This document shows positions 14,517-27,189 of a stretch of DNA of 64,000 bases, piece by piece. The notes under the pieces are model-generated. The model was not told the origin of the DNA. It saw nothing but the letters and a program-made list of their open reading frames with translations, and did no database searches. The DNA comes from the human T2T-CHM13v2.0 reference genome, Homo sapiens. The position numbers and the translations under genes were made by a program. Location: NCBI RefSeq assembly GCF_009914755.1, contig NC_060930.1, one strand, 5' to 3'. The stretch's first letter is position 1, and each line of letters begins with the position of its first letter.

Positions 14517-15088
14517 TAATAACCCCACCCCCGCCGTTATCCACAGGGAATATGTTCCAAGAACTTCAGTAAATGCCTGAAACCATGGATGATGCCTGAA
14601 ACCATGAATTGTACCAAATTCTATATATACTATGTTTTTTCCTATACATACATACCTGTGATAAAATTTAATATATAAATTAGACACAATAAGAGATTAA
14701 CAATAACTAATAATAAAATAGAATAATTATAACATTATACCAACATCACTACTCTTGCACCCTGGGACCATTATTAAGTAAAATAAGGGTTACTTAAACA
14801 CAGTCACTGTGATACCACAGGAGTAGCTCTGATAACCAAGACAGCTACTAAGTGACTAATGGATGGGTAGAGTATACAGCATGGATACTCTGAACAAAGG
14901 GATGATTCACATTCCAGGCGAGATGGAGCAGAATGGTCCGTGATTTCACCATGCTACTCAGAACAGTGCACAATTTAAAAACTAGGCATTGTTTATTTCT
15001 GGAATTTTCCACTTAATAATTTTTGGACCACAGTTCATCCCAGAAACTGAAATCTCAGAAAGCAAAACTGTGGGTAAGGGGAGACTAT
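14517..15088. mobile_element. MER44B-like TcMar-Tigger element
   Basis: Degenerate TIRs 'cccc..ttatccacagg' / 'ctgtgggtaaggggagacta'; internal 'tatatatactatgttttttcctatacatacatacct'; ~570 bp. Confidence 0.85.
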
Positions 15089-15991
15089 ATACTAGGAAAG
15101 GGATCTCAGGAATAATGTAACATAGTCTAGCCATGTCCCTACAGATAAATGTGAGGAGACTTGTTATGCTAAACTTCCCAAGAAAGCAATATTAAAAATC
15201 CTCTTATCCAGCATGCCATTGAGAACAGTATTTTCTTGCCTTATTCATTTTCCCTTGATTATGTGGTTTAAGAAAAAAAATTTAATAATAAATTCTCTAT
15301 ACATTTAAGTTGGGAAGTAGTTTTTCTTTATTGAACCAGTTCAAACTAAAATTTTCAATAGTATTAATAACTAGCACTAAATAGCCTCTGGCTGTAAATG
15401 GTAATTTCACCTATTTCAATGTGTTCAGTGAATAATATGGTGTTTACCATTGTCTAAATTATCTTACCCACTTTTGTCAAATATTTGCACCTTATTCATT
15501 ATTTTGGCTACGCTTTTATTATATCATACTCCCATCCCAGTAAAAGTAAATATTTAAAAATTAATTTAAAATATAGTTTTCTACAACTCTTTTAGGTTTG
15601 TAAGCATAAAGAATGTTTTGATGGCATCATACATATATTTGTATAATGAATATAGACAGTAATATTTTTATTTCCCAACATTCAATAAAATGACTTGCTT
15701 AGCTACCTTTATTAATAAATAAATGTAAGATCTTCACAACAAATTTGAGACATCATGGGGAAAATTATTCTACTTCCCAGTGGTATAACATAGGATATAC
15801 TATATAATGTTAGTAAATGAATAATTCAAAAGAGAAGTGTTAGTTATATGAATTTATCTAGCTTTTAAATGATACTGAATATACAAATTTATCTATTTGA
15901 CCTTTCTTAAAAAGATAATTTAACACTGTTTCAGTATTCATGAAAAATAAAAATCCAACACCTCAGTAAAAGTGAGTAAAAAAGAGTCATG

Positions 15992-16228
15992 AGTAGTTTG
16001 AGACCAGCCTGACCAACAAGGTGAAACCCCATCTCTTCTAAAAACACAAAAAATTACCTGGGCGTGGTGGTGCACAACTGTAATCTCAGCTACTAGGGAG
16101 GCTGAGGCAGCAGAATCCCTTGAACCCAGGAGGCAGAGGCTGCGGTGAGCCGAGTGCGCCACTGCATTCCAGCCTGGGTGAGGTAGTGAGACTCCATCTC
16201 AAAACAAAAAACCCAAAAAAACAAAAAC
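15992..16228 (+). mobile_element. 5'-truncated AluS
   Basis: Starts at B-box region 'agtttgagaccagcctgacc'; A/C tail; degenerate TSD aaaagagtcatg (15980-15991) / aaaacagtcacg (16229-16240). Confidence 0.9.
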
Positions 16229-17075
16229 AAAACAGTCACGGCAATAGAATGAAGCATCCCATTTCAAAGTAATTCTACCATTTTACATTTTCATGAGGAT
16301 TCTATGAAAGAAATATTCATTTGTAAATCCTTTAAGGTTGCTCTATTATTCATGTTGCTTCAAGAATAAATTTTGCTGACCAATTTGAGACTGACGTATA
16401 TCACATGTATTTTTCCTTTTGTACTGTAAAACTTTAATTTTTGTCTCATTTTGAGAGATAGTTATCCCTTCCTCAATCAGCAGCTTTCTATCCTCTACCT
16501 AGCAGTCTGGAAGGCTGATGTTAGAAACAGTTTTTATCATCATGACTCTCCGCCCCAGTCATGTGGGAATTGAGATTTGATTGATTTTTTATCTGCTTCA
16601 CTTAGGTTCTAGTCGTGCAGCTTTCTCTGCTTTCTTCCACTTCTTCAGGTAGAAGTTCAAACTACAGACCTGGGCAACAGTTTCAACTCTTTTCAGAATA
16701 TTTTCCCTGGAGAGCTGGAAGAATGGAAACCTAGTCACCGGCTCTACCTTTAGCTTTTCTCTGATCTCCTGATATGTATGGCCTATTTTGCATTCCTGTT
16801 ACTCAGAAGGGAAAAAACGATTCCAGACCATCTACCTCTGCGCGCATTTCCAAGAGCCCAGTAAGCATACAGCTTCAGGTATCAGGCATTGTTCTTTTTA
16901 TGTTGCATTCCTCATTTTTGGAGATGTATAGCTTGCTTTTATGAACAACTATGCCTTTTAAATGCATTTAAACAGATATGTCTATCATTGCTGTTTGTTT
17001 GGATTCGCAGGTGGTTGATTACATTTGGATTCTCAGCATCATCTTTACTGGAATGTTTTTGAAGTTTTAAACTTT

Positions 17076-17363
17076 TATGTTTTATTTTTTAAGACCTAGG
17101 GTCTTGGTATGTTGCCCAGGCTGGGATGCAGTGACACAGCATGGGAGCATTGACCTTCTTTATTTTTAACCTGTTTTGGTTCGCCCTTACTTAAAAAAGC
17201 CGGTGGTCCTTTGCCTCCAGAAGGTCACCAAATTGATGCCAAACCTAGGACAGACACCTGATTGGCACAGCACACCAGAGTCCAGAACTTCTGAGCCCAA
17301 GTAATCCTCCTGCTTCAGCTTCCTATGTAGCTGGGGCTACAGGTGCATGCCACCGTACCTGGC
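17076..17363 (-). pseudogene. RN7SL: 7SL (SRP RNA) processed pseudogene, near full length, including S domain
   Basis: Reverse complement reads GCCAGGTACGGTGGC..GTTCTGGACT..GGCATCAATTTGGTGACCTTC..GGACCACC..GGGCGAACC..GGTCAATGCTCCCATGCTG..CCAGCCTGGGCAACATA, collinear with 7SL including the S domain that Alus lack; A-rich tail; TSD tgaagttttaaacttt (17060-17075) / tgaagtttttaacttt (17364-17379). Pseudogene number not identifiable. Confidence 0.93.
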
Positions 17364-19227
17364 TGAAGTTTTTAACTTTAGCTATTGGAATTAATATCAT
17401 TAGGATCATGATTATTGAAAATATGTGTAAGAGGAAATATATAATCAATCAAATAGCTCTTATACAGGAGTACTTAGGTTTACCTGGAAAATGCCTTTCC
17501 TAATCTTTGTTCTTACTTAGGAATTTTTGTATCATTTATACAGAATCATAAATAGGTAACATTAATAAGTGACTTTGTTGTAATTTGTTTTTATAAACCA
17601 ATATAATGGAATGAAGACTCAGGCAGTGTGAAATATATTTTCAATTATTATTTTCCTATAATAGTGATGTAATTGCACTAATTCTTTTACATTCAGTTTC
17701 CAAAGACCCCTTATGTTCAATAATAAATGTTTTCACAACAGCTAGCTATGATTATGATATATAGCCTATATAGAGGTGAAACCAATGATTTTGATAAAAC
17801 AGCTTTGCATTAATCATTTTGGCACAGAGAAATATGATTAATAAATTACAGTAAATAGCTGAACTTTGTGGTTTCTTAAATGGTACAGTTTTATGAGGTA
17901 GCAACTGAAACAAAAATATGAAAATCCAGAGATTATATTGGCTTTTGTTTGCTGTACAAGTATGATTTCAATACAATCTGCTTAACTCTGATTGATTGCT
18001 TACAATATTTACATCATAAGGAAGTATTTTTTAGGTAATATTATCCAACTCAAGGAGGTGAGAGTCAACACAATTTATTTCAATGGACTTAACTTTTAGA
18101 GAGAACCAAAATTCATTACTTTTATTCCTATTGCTATAGGACACTTTGTAACATAAAATCTAGTGTAATACTTTTGAAAAAAAAAAGTCTAGGTCCAAAA
18201 GCAAAGATAAAGCAAGAGAAAAAAGACCTTCAAATCCAGCAAAAAATTCAAATCCAGAAAGTCAAGAATATAACGTAACCCTTAAAAAAATCATTTGAAT
18301 CTTCTTGGAAGAAGTCAAGCACCAAAATCAGAAATGGATCACTGGGGTCATGGTACACTTCTACAAAAAGAATACAGTAGAAAATAAGGAGCATAGTTTT
18401 CTATTATTGAAGTATAAAGATTATTCAGAAATCTTGTAAACACATGGCCGAGGTCTTGGTCCTCACTGGATGCATGTAAGCATAAGCTTCAGGTATATCA
18501 ACTGCAGCTTTGCCTCAGGAGTTATGCTAATGGTGATCTCCAGTGTGTAAGAACCTACAGGAAGATGCCGTTAGACATAACTGAAACAGAGGCAGAAGCA
18601 AGAATTAGAGAATTTGGAGAAAGTTAGGCTAACATCTCTGCTGGTTGGTAGTTCTTTCTCATAGGAGAGGGTAGTGTCTGTGTACTTGTGTCTCGGGTTC
18701 CACTCAACATTGGCCCATTGGCCTGCATCAGAGACACAGGACTTGAGGTAGAAATTGCCTTAAGGAAATTGCTTTATGAACAAATAAAATATATGAAATT
18801 ATCTGGAATGGATTAATTTATTTAGACATGGTAGAGAAACTCCACCCATTTCTGTGAATGGCAGCCCACGTTTCAATGTTATATCTGTACTTGTTCTATA
18901 GAGGATTCTGAATGAATGAGAAGTTAGTTAGAAAACAACTGTACTCTTACCATCTGTTAGATTTTACTAATTTTAGACTTTAATATCCTAAATGTTGGCA
19001 AGAATAAATACATCAAGTTTTGGGATTTTAATTTCTACCTAGATGTTTGGTCAGGAAGGGGACATTATGATTTTTAACTTTAGATCATTTTCTAAACCAT
19101 TATTTTAGGATTAAGGTAATTTGATGTTCTCAAAAGATCTTCACATAGCATGTGGAGAACTACATGGGACCATATGTCTAAGAATTATTTGAATTGAACG
19201 TTAGAATAAGAATACATTTTCAAATTA

Positions 19228-19560
19228 GGCCAGGCGCAGTGGCTCACGCCTGTAATCTCAGCACTTTGGGAGGCCGAGGCAGGCAAATTGCCTGAGTTCA
19301 GGAGTTCGAGACCACCCTTGGCAACGTGGTGAAACCCCATCTCTACTAAAATACAAAAAAATTAGCCGGGCATGGTGGCAGGCAACTGCAGTCCCAGCTG
19401 CTCAGGAGGCTGAGGCACAATAATTGCTTGAACCTGGGAGGCAGAGGCTGCAGTGAGCCAAGATTGTGCCACTGCACTCTAGCTCCTGTGCAAAAGAGCG
19501 AGACTCTGTCAAAAAAATAAACCAAACAAACAAATAAATAAATGAATAAAAATAAATAAA
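19228..19560 (+). mobile_element. AluS, full length
   Basis: Dimeric Alu with (AAAC/AAAT)n tail; degenerate TSD aatacattttcaaatt / aataaatgttcaaatt. Confidence 0.95.
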
Positions 19561-20609
19561 TGTTCAAATTGAAGAACCAGTAGAAACTTACATTTACTTT
19601 TAATAACGTTTTTTCTATCTAATATATTTTACACTATCAGAGCCTTTGTGTCACAAATCTAAACTGTCAAACAATTGATCCCAGAAAACACCTAATAAAA
19701 ATCTAATAAAATATCAGTTTTTATATGAGTCATGAGGACTTCTGAAAGTAGAAGCAGGATGTCCAATAAAGAGAGCAAAGAGCTTGGCAGTATTACGGAA
19801 GAAGTTCTTATTCTTCATTTTTCATGTTTCCCTAGGTGAGTAAGAATTTTCTCTTTATTCCCAAAAAAGAAAACACAGAAAAAAAAAAAACCTTCTAGCC
19901 TTTTTCTTACCCAAATCTATTTCTCAATGAAAGCATAGGTGAGACTGGGAGAAGGAACTGGCTACCTGCTCATAGGCCTAATATGGAAAGCAACTTATTC
20001 TCAGGAATTATGCTTTCTCTCCTTATGTGTGATGTATTTGTTAAAATCATCTCATAAGCCTATTATTTTGGCAATTTAAGGATTAAGAAAGCTTAATTTC
20101 GGCTGTGATTCAAGCCACATTTTCCAAGTCAGATTTATCAATAATAAAACTCATATTTTTATATCTTAATTTAACTTTTTTTTTTGCAGTTTTCTCAATT
20201 TATCTAGAACTCACTTTGGAAGAGAAAAATGATTACTTGTCACTCCTGAAGCTCAGTGCCAAAAATTTGTGTATCAAAAAGTTTTACAGTAAAGATAAAT
20301 GATTTATATTTACACAAAAAGGCACAAGCCTCATTTGTGCTGAACTCACCTGTATTGCAGTTATTTTTGTAAAACTAAAAATATTTTGTATTTGTGCATC
20401 TTTCCATTTTTTGAAGTTTTTAAATAAATATATTCTTCCCTGATTTTTCTAGACCTTGTAATATAAGTGGTTATTTTTGACTCACTTACATAAAGTTATG
20501 AAATTTCAGAGAATCTGAAAGTGACATCATGGGAACTAGGAAATAATTGAGATGGAAACGAAACCCATACTTACGACTTGAGTTCAGTGTCTATAAACTC
20601 ATTAATTAA

Positions 20610-21690
20610 TAAAGGAATTTAATTATAAGCCACTGTGCAGAGCCCCAAAGAAAGATTAGTAAACCAAACAGAATTGGTATCTCCTCTCATGGAGCTATAG
20701 TTTAGAGGGCAAACACTCAATAATATGTGCAAAATCAATAAAGTTGAAAATGCACTATCACAGGAGAAATTCAAGATGTCATGGGATGACGCAGTAGAGA
20801 ACACCTAAGCCAGCTCATACCATTGACACTTCCCTAAATAATAGTTTTAATGCCGAAAAAGATTCAAAGGCAGTATATATAAAACATAAATATCACAATA
20901 GGCATGATTATTATCTGACAAAAACTGTTACAATAAAACCCTGATCACTCTTCATGTTTAATTTATTAAGCAAACTATTAGGTACAAAAGATTCAAAGGT
21001 GAATATGATATGGTTCCCATCCTCAAAGAATTCTCAACCTTCAGAGAAAGACAGGTAGGGTATAGTTGCAAAAAAGTATGGCCCATGTTATGATAAATCT
21101 TTGTGATGACTGCCTTGGAAACATGGAGAAGAGTTAGGAAAACTATCTAGGAGTGTCCAGAAAGACGTCACGAAGAAAGTAAACTTTGAGCCAGCTCTCG
21201 AAAGGTATGTAAAAATGGGTCAAATAAAGAAGAGGACAAAATAACCAAAAAGCAACAGAACGTGGAAGTTAACTTATTAAAGTAATGATATATCCAGGAG
21301 ATGGAAAATGTTTAATGTGTTTTTACTGCTAGATGCTTGGAAGGAATATTTTAAGATGTCTGACGGGAGTTATTTTGGGGTGAGACTGCAAAATTCAATA
21401 TAAATATAGGCTTAACATGAAGGCAACCTAGGTCTTTTAAAATGGGCTTATTGTGGAGATACTTCTAGGATTTTGCATTGTGCGTTAGTTACGATAGGAC
21501 GACTCAAACGAGGAAACCAATTAGGAATCTATGGCAACAGTTCAGTCAAGAGATAATGGGGCAATTTTGATTAAATCATTGAGTGTAAATAAAGGCCTTA
21601 TTTAGGAGACATTTCAACATTTCAAGCAGAATTTTTAGTACTTCAGTGTTTAAGATGAAGGAGAATGCATAATGATTCACAACCAGTGGT
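20610..21690. mobile_element. L2 fragments
   Basis: L2-type motifs 'ctctcatggagctatagtttagaggg', 'ggttcccatcctcaaagaattctca', 'cagtcaagagataatgg'. Confidence 0.55.
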
Positions 21691-22489
21691 TATATATATT
21701 TTACATAGAATAGATATTCCAGTTATAGAGTTGTGACTTCTGAAGCAATATAATTAATTGTAACCATTGGGTATCTAGTAATATGAATACAGATTTCTCC
21801 AAGAATAAATCATATCAGTTCAAAGCTCATATGATATGTGGCTTGGTCAAATTGAATTTCAAGATTTGAAAAATAACAAAATAGGTTTAGACAATGAAAT
21901 TATTTAGTATGTTTGGAGTCTAGATATAGTCTAAATATAAGGTTCTGAATAAAACAAATATCTAAAATACATTATATAAAGTAATATATGATACATTTAT
22001 GAAAAATATCTTAAATGGACGAAATGTAATACTAAAGTCATATGAATAATTATTAAATGAAGCTAAAAACTATTGAGACAAGGAATCAAGTATTAAAAGG
22101 CACACCATGCTAAAATATAATTTAAAAAATAAAAAGTATATTTTTAGTTGAGTCTCTTTGGAAAGTGCAAGAATATATCCAAACAAACAGAAAACTTTGC
22201 AAGTACATGATAGTATCTTTAAATATATTTTACACTTTCTAAAAAATTAAATTGCTAAAGCAGATGTAAAATTCTAATGGTAAATTTTCTACAGCATGAT
22301 GCCATTGACAGACTCCATCTGACTCTACTCCTAAGAGCATAGTTTTGAAAAGCAACTCTTAGTTTAGTAGGAGATATTCATTGAGTCACACATAAATTAT
22401 CATAATCAGAAACACCTATCATTTCTAAGTCTCATGTGAAGTTTAAAGGGAGTATCTGTGAGAGGGTGCAGGTGGAAATGTACCTCAAG

Positions 22490-22735
22490 AAAGCAAGTCT
22501 TTTAAGAGTGCAGCTTCTGGAATCAAACAAACACAGATCCCATACCTGTTCCACCACTTTATAACTACATAGCCTTGAACATTTAACACTTCGTACCTCA
22601 GTTCCTCAGTTGAAGAATGGGTCTGATAATAGTAAATCATAGGGATTTTGTGAAAATTAATGATACAAAAGATGTAAATATTTTAGCATAGTACATAGTA
22701 ACAGTTCAATAATAGTATTCAGTAACTCATAGTAA
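22490..22735 (+). mobile_element. MIR
   Basis: MIR core-like 'acctcagttcctc..aatggg..ataatagta..catagggattttgtgaaaattaa'. Confidence 0.7.
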
Positions 22736-22789
22736 TTTTAATAAAATAGAGAGTGAAGAAGAGATCAAGGAAGAAATAGTCATAAAATA

Positions 22790-23850
22790 GCAATGAAGAA
22801 AAGCTAGATCATCTGTAAAAGAGTCCATTATATTGGCAACAGACTTGTCAAAAGCAATAATGGGTGGCAGAAAATACTAAAATAATATATTTGAACTACT
22901 GTGAAAAAGTAACAGTCTAGCTAAAATGGTGTACTTAGTAAAAATATCTTTTAAGGACAAGGGTGAAATAAAAGAAGCTTTACATGAATAAATAGTAAGA
23001 GTGCTTACTGCCAAGAAATTTCAATAAAGTAATTTCTAAAGATTGCCACTTAGGAAGAAAGAAAATTATTCCAGAAGGAGGACTGAGATGATTAAACAAA
23101 TGATGAACAAAAAATATCATTAGTTAAGTAGGTAAATCTCTATAAAAATGTCTGTAAAAATAATAATGTCTAATTTTTACTGTCAACATATCAGAAAAAA
23201 TGTTTGATTACAGAAAAATTAATCCAGGAGTGGCGTGATCAGAATAAAATCATTCCAAGGTAAGTGCTGCTTAAGAGAGAGTTAAGATATTAATATCAGA
23301 CTTTTTATGCTAACTCCACATATATAAATTTCCAAAAGTATAAAAGGGGCAAAGTGGGAGGAATAAAGCTCATTTTTTTCAAATAAATAAAAGATAATTA
23401 GAAAGTAGAGAAAGCAAGACAGATTAAACAATTTAAAGTAAAATGGAAGAAAAGGTATAAATATATCAGTTATCACAATAGGTATTAAAGAACTAACCTT
23501 GCTAGTTAGGAGACAGAGATTGTCATACATGATTTTTTAAATATGCTTTTTGCAAGATATTCACTTTAAAACAGGGCACAAAAACATTGAAAGTAAAAAG
23601 ACAGAAAATGGTCTAAGAAATGGTCACGATAAAAATATAAAAATTCTGAAACAGTATTTCCAAATGCAATTCACCCAAAATATATAAAGCAAGAACTGAT
23701 AGAAATGCATGAAGGAAATGAAAAATATCACACTATCATGGAAGATTTCAATGTAGCTTTCTCAATTTTTGGTAGATTGAGCAAACATAAAGTTAATGAG
23801 TATACAAAACTTGAAAAGTATATTTAACAAGGTGAAGTATGTATAGAATA
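22790..23850 (+). mobile_element. Old L1ME ORF1 end / ORF2 start relic
   Basis: A-rich; endonuclease-region remnant 'atcatggaagatttcaat..ctctcaat' (GDFN-like). Confidence 0.55.
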
Positions 23851-23852
23851 TT

Positions 23853-25390
23853 TGTAGCAAATGTTGATATTTATTCAATATCCCTTTGCCACTTATGGAT
23901 CCAGTTTACACCAAAGGTATTTTACTGCGAACAGGTTTAACATTGTATCTGAGAGCTCTCTTTCAACCTAAGTGCTCAGATTAGGCAGGAAGTACTGAGT
24001 AATTCATGCTCAAAAATGCAAATATTTTTGTCTTCCCTTTCTTTTTTCACTTACCTATTTTTCTACTAGTGTTTCTATATTCACTCAAATATTTTTCTCA
24101 GAGTCTCCTCTGGGGTGAAAAAAAATGTAAGCACTGGAATTGATTCTAGGAAGCAAACCTTCAGGATGGGCTTCTGGCATTAGATTACTTCTCAGACAGA
24201 TATTCAAAGGGCCGCATTGTTGGTAAGTAGCAAGTGATGTCTCTCGTATGCCCTAGGATAACATTAACTAAGACTCTTACCTGTAGTATATTGAGATGGA
24301 ATACAAATGGAGTGGGGAAGAACTCGTGCTATGAGGCATATGCTAGTAAGAAGGGGCACTTGGGATTGGTTGAATCATTCAGAAGCCCAGCAGTGGCTGA
24401 ATTCTGTGAGTCAAGATTGATAGTAGAAGATGCTTCCATGGAATTGGTATTCCTAGTTTCAATGGAGATGATAGAATTGTAGAATAGCAGAGACTGTACA
24501 GAAGCACTTGCCCATAAAAGGCAAGTTCAACAGGATACACCTCTCTGTAGATGTGAGCTAGCCTTTGGCGTCAACCACTCCAGAGTTTCAACAGTCATGG
24601 TGGCAGTGATGGAGGCAATTGGTAGGCCTTAAAGCATGAGCTCCTTCTCACCCAGAGTTACCTAACTACTGCTGCTACCGAATGTTCAATGTAGCAGCAA
24701 CAGAAAATAATGCTGATATCGTACCATCCCTTGAGGAAACCAACTAGCTCCTTAGAGGTAATTTAATGACATTATAATTCTTATTTCCTATAAGATCCAG
24801 GATTCTAACCTCACAGGTATTTTGTACAAATTGGGGATATGAGTTAGCCTTCTTTGCCCTCATCGCCTTGCCCAATCCACTGTTTGTGGGGTAAGACTAC
24901 CTGAATACCTTCAAGGAGTCCCTCATATCATCACCTGGGACTTTGATGAAAGAGGTTCAATATGGGTGCATGATTACGGATTCTTCAGTCCTGTAATATA
25001 CTATATCACTTGCTGATTGAATTTCTCAATAGTCTATTTACAAATACAGTTAATATGACAACTTGAGAATGACAGCTTGGGGTGCTATTCTTCAAAATCT
25101 GATATATAATTGAACCAATGGACATTATACATCACTGTGTTCCTAGTTAGCCATAAAACATGGAGAATCACAGTTATAGAAGTGAGAAGCCCCTCTCATC
25201 GTCACCCCTAGTGATGAACTATCCCTAATACTTTGAAGACAAAAAGATCTAGTTATCTGGGTGGGTAAGGAGTGTGTTAAACCTAAAGCTATAGTTGCCT
25301 CCTAGATATTTTGGGGGCCTTGCACTGGCAACCCACTACCAAAGAAAGGAGTTGTATATTGGTAAGGGATATTGACCCAAGTTATCACAT
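23853..25390 (+). mobile_element. ERVL provirus relic: LTR16-like LTR plus internal fragments including integrase
   Basis: LTR-like 23853-24130, then 'tctaggaagcaaaccttcaggatggg..tctgg'; 24660-24940 translates with stops and frameshifts to LTTAATECSM*QQQ..TIP*GNQLA, resembling ERVL integrase LATATAECPICQQQ..TIPRGDQPA. Confidence 0.65.
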
Positions 25391-25814
25391 GCACAAAATT
25401 ACTCCGAGTATTTTTTCCTGGAAAAAAATGAATAATATTATTTATTTTCATTGAGCAAAATGTACAGAAGAACTAGCCAGGAGGGAATCCAAGAATTCTG
25501 TTAAGATATTCATTTTGAGATTAACATTGTATCCTCAGGTATAGAAGGTCTAATTTTAGCTCACTGCTATTGAGCTAAGATTGAATCATTTCAATCAAAT
25601 ATCTAGATGAAACTATTACACATTTATTAAGATTCAACTATCTCAAGATAGTCTGTAATCAAAATTTAGTAATTTTATTTTAGTATCGCATTAACTCTGA
25701 AATAAATCTATAATTAAAATGTTGTGAATAGACATTATCTTAAACAGGCTGTAAAAGAATGGCGTGAACTTAATGTCAGGAACAAATGGACTTGAGTGCT
25801 GTGAAGCAGAATAG

Positions 25815-26975
25815 TTACCTACTTTGGAAAACAGTTTGGGGGTTTCTCACAAAGCTAAACATAGAGTGACCTTGTGACCCACGAATACCACTCTTAGAAA
25901 TGAAAATGTTTGTCTACACATAAACATTTAAATGAATTAATATAGCAGCATTATACATATTAACCAAAAAGTGGAAATAACCCAAATAATCATAAACCAA
26001 TAAGTTGGTAAACAAAATGTGGTATATCCATAAAATGGAATATTATTCAGCAATAAAAATGAGTAATGTACTGATACGTGCTAAACGTGTATGGACCTTG
26101 AAAATATATGCTAAGCACAAGACACCAGTCACAAAACACCACATATTTTAGTGTTCTATTTATATGAAACATCCAGAACAAAAAAACTGTATAGAGACAG
26201 AATGTATTTTAGTGATTGTTTAGGGATGGGAAAGTGGGAAGAACCGTGGAATTACTACCAACGAGCATGTGTTTCTCTTTGGAGTGGTCAAAATGCTCTA
26301 CAATTGATTGTAATGACCTGAATATACTAACAGCCATTGAATTATGCACTTGAAATAGATTGTAATGACTCTGAATATACTAATAGCCATTAAATTATAC
26401 ACTTGAAATAGATAAGTTATATGGTATATTAATTATATCTCATAAAGCTGATATATATATTAAAAAATTAGTCATTTCACAAAAATGAAAAAATGGCTTA
26501 TGTACTTGTGACATGTTAATCATGTAAAAAAATGGAACACGAGGTAACACTATTTCTGTATTATTTATCGCAAACTAGATTTAAAAAAAATTAAAATTAA
26601 GATGTGTAGTAGCAAGAAGTATTATTGAAAATGGGGATCAAGTAGAATGATGGTCATCAGGAGCTGATGGGAAGGGGGAATGAAAAGTTAGTGTTTTCTT
26701 GAAATTTTTTAAGCTGTATTGAGATATTATTGATATATTTTAAAAACTGGACATATTTAATGCAGACAATTTAATGACTTTGGAGATATGCATATATCTG
26801 CAATGCCATCACCACAATCAAAAGTTCCATATGAAAAATGTGAAAAATCTCTAGAGATGTATGATGGTGATGGTTGCACAACAATGTGAATATGCTTAAT
26901 GTCACAGAACTATATACTTAAAATGGCTAAAAGGGTAAGTTTTATGCTATGTGTATTTTACCACAATAAAAAAAA
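25815..26975 (+). mobile_element. L1MB/MC 3' end fragments, with a small antisense L1M piece at ~26695-26822
   Basis: 'actttggaaaacagtttgg..aaacaaaatgtggtatatccata..atggaatattattcagcaataaaaa'; ends 'tattttaccacaataaaaaa'. Confidence 0.8.
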
Positions 26976-26976
26976 G

Positions 26977-27092
26977 TAAGGAAGAGGAAGGAGAAGAAGA
27001 AGAAGGAGGAGGAGGAGGGGAAGTTGGAAGAGGGGAATACAGAGGAGGAGGAGAAAGGAGGAAGGAGAAAGGAGGGGAAAAAAAGGAAGAAC
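26977..27092. repeat. GA-rich low-complexity (GAA/GGA)n tract
   Basis: Nearly pure purine run following an L1 tail. Confidence 0.9.
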
Positions 27093-27189
27093 AATGGAAA
27101 TTATTGTCCTCTGGTCACCAAAGCATAAATTAAAAAAAAAATTAAAAAGCTGAGAACCAGATTGAGGAGCTGAAATGTGACGTGGAAAC

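Noticed and set aside
18270-18580. Minus-strand acceptor-like sites with short open frames
   Set aside because: Frames stop within ~40 codons, there are no convincing donors, and no protein is recognisable.
19760-20300. Plus-strand donor-like ctag|gtgagt (~19835) and acceptor-like T-run+gcag (~20189)
   Set aside because: Such motifs are frequent in AT-rich DNA and the peptides are unrecognisable; transcript data would be needed.
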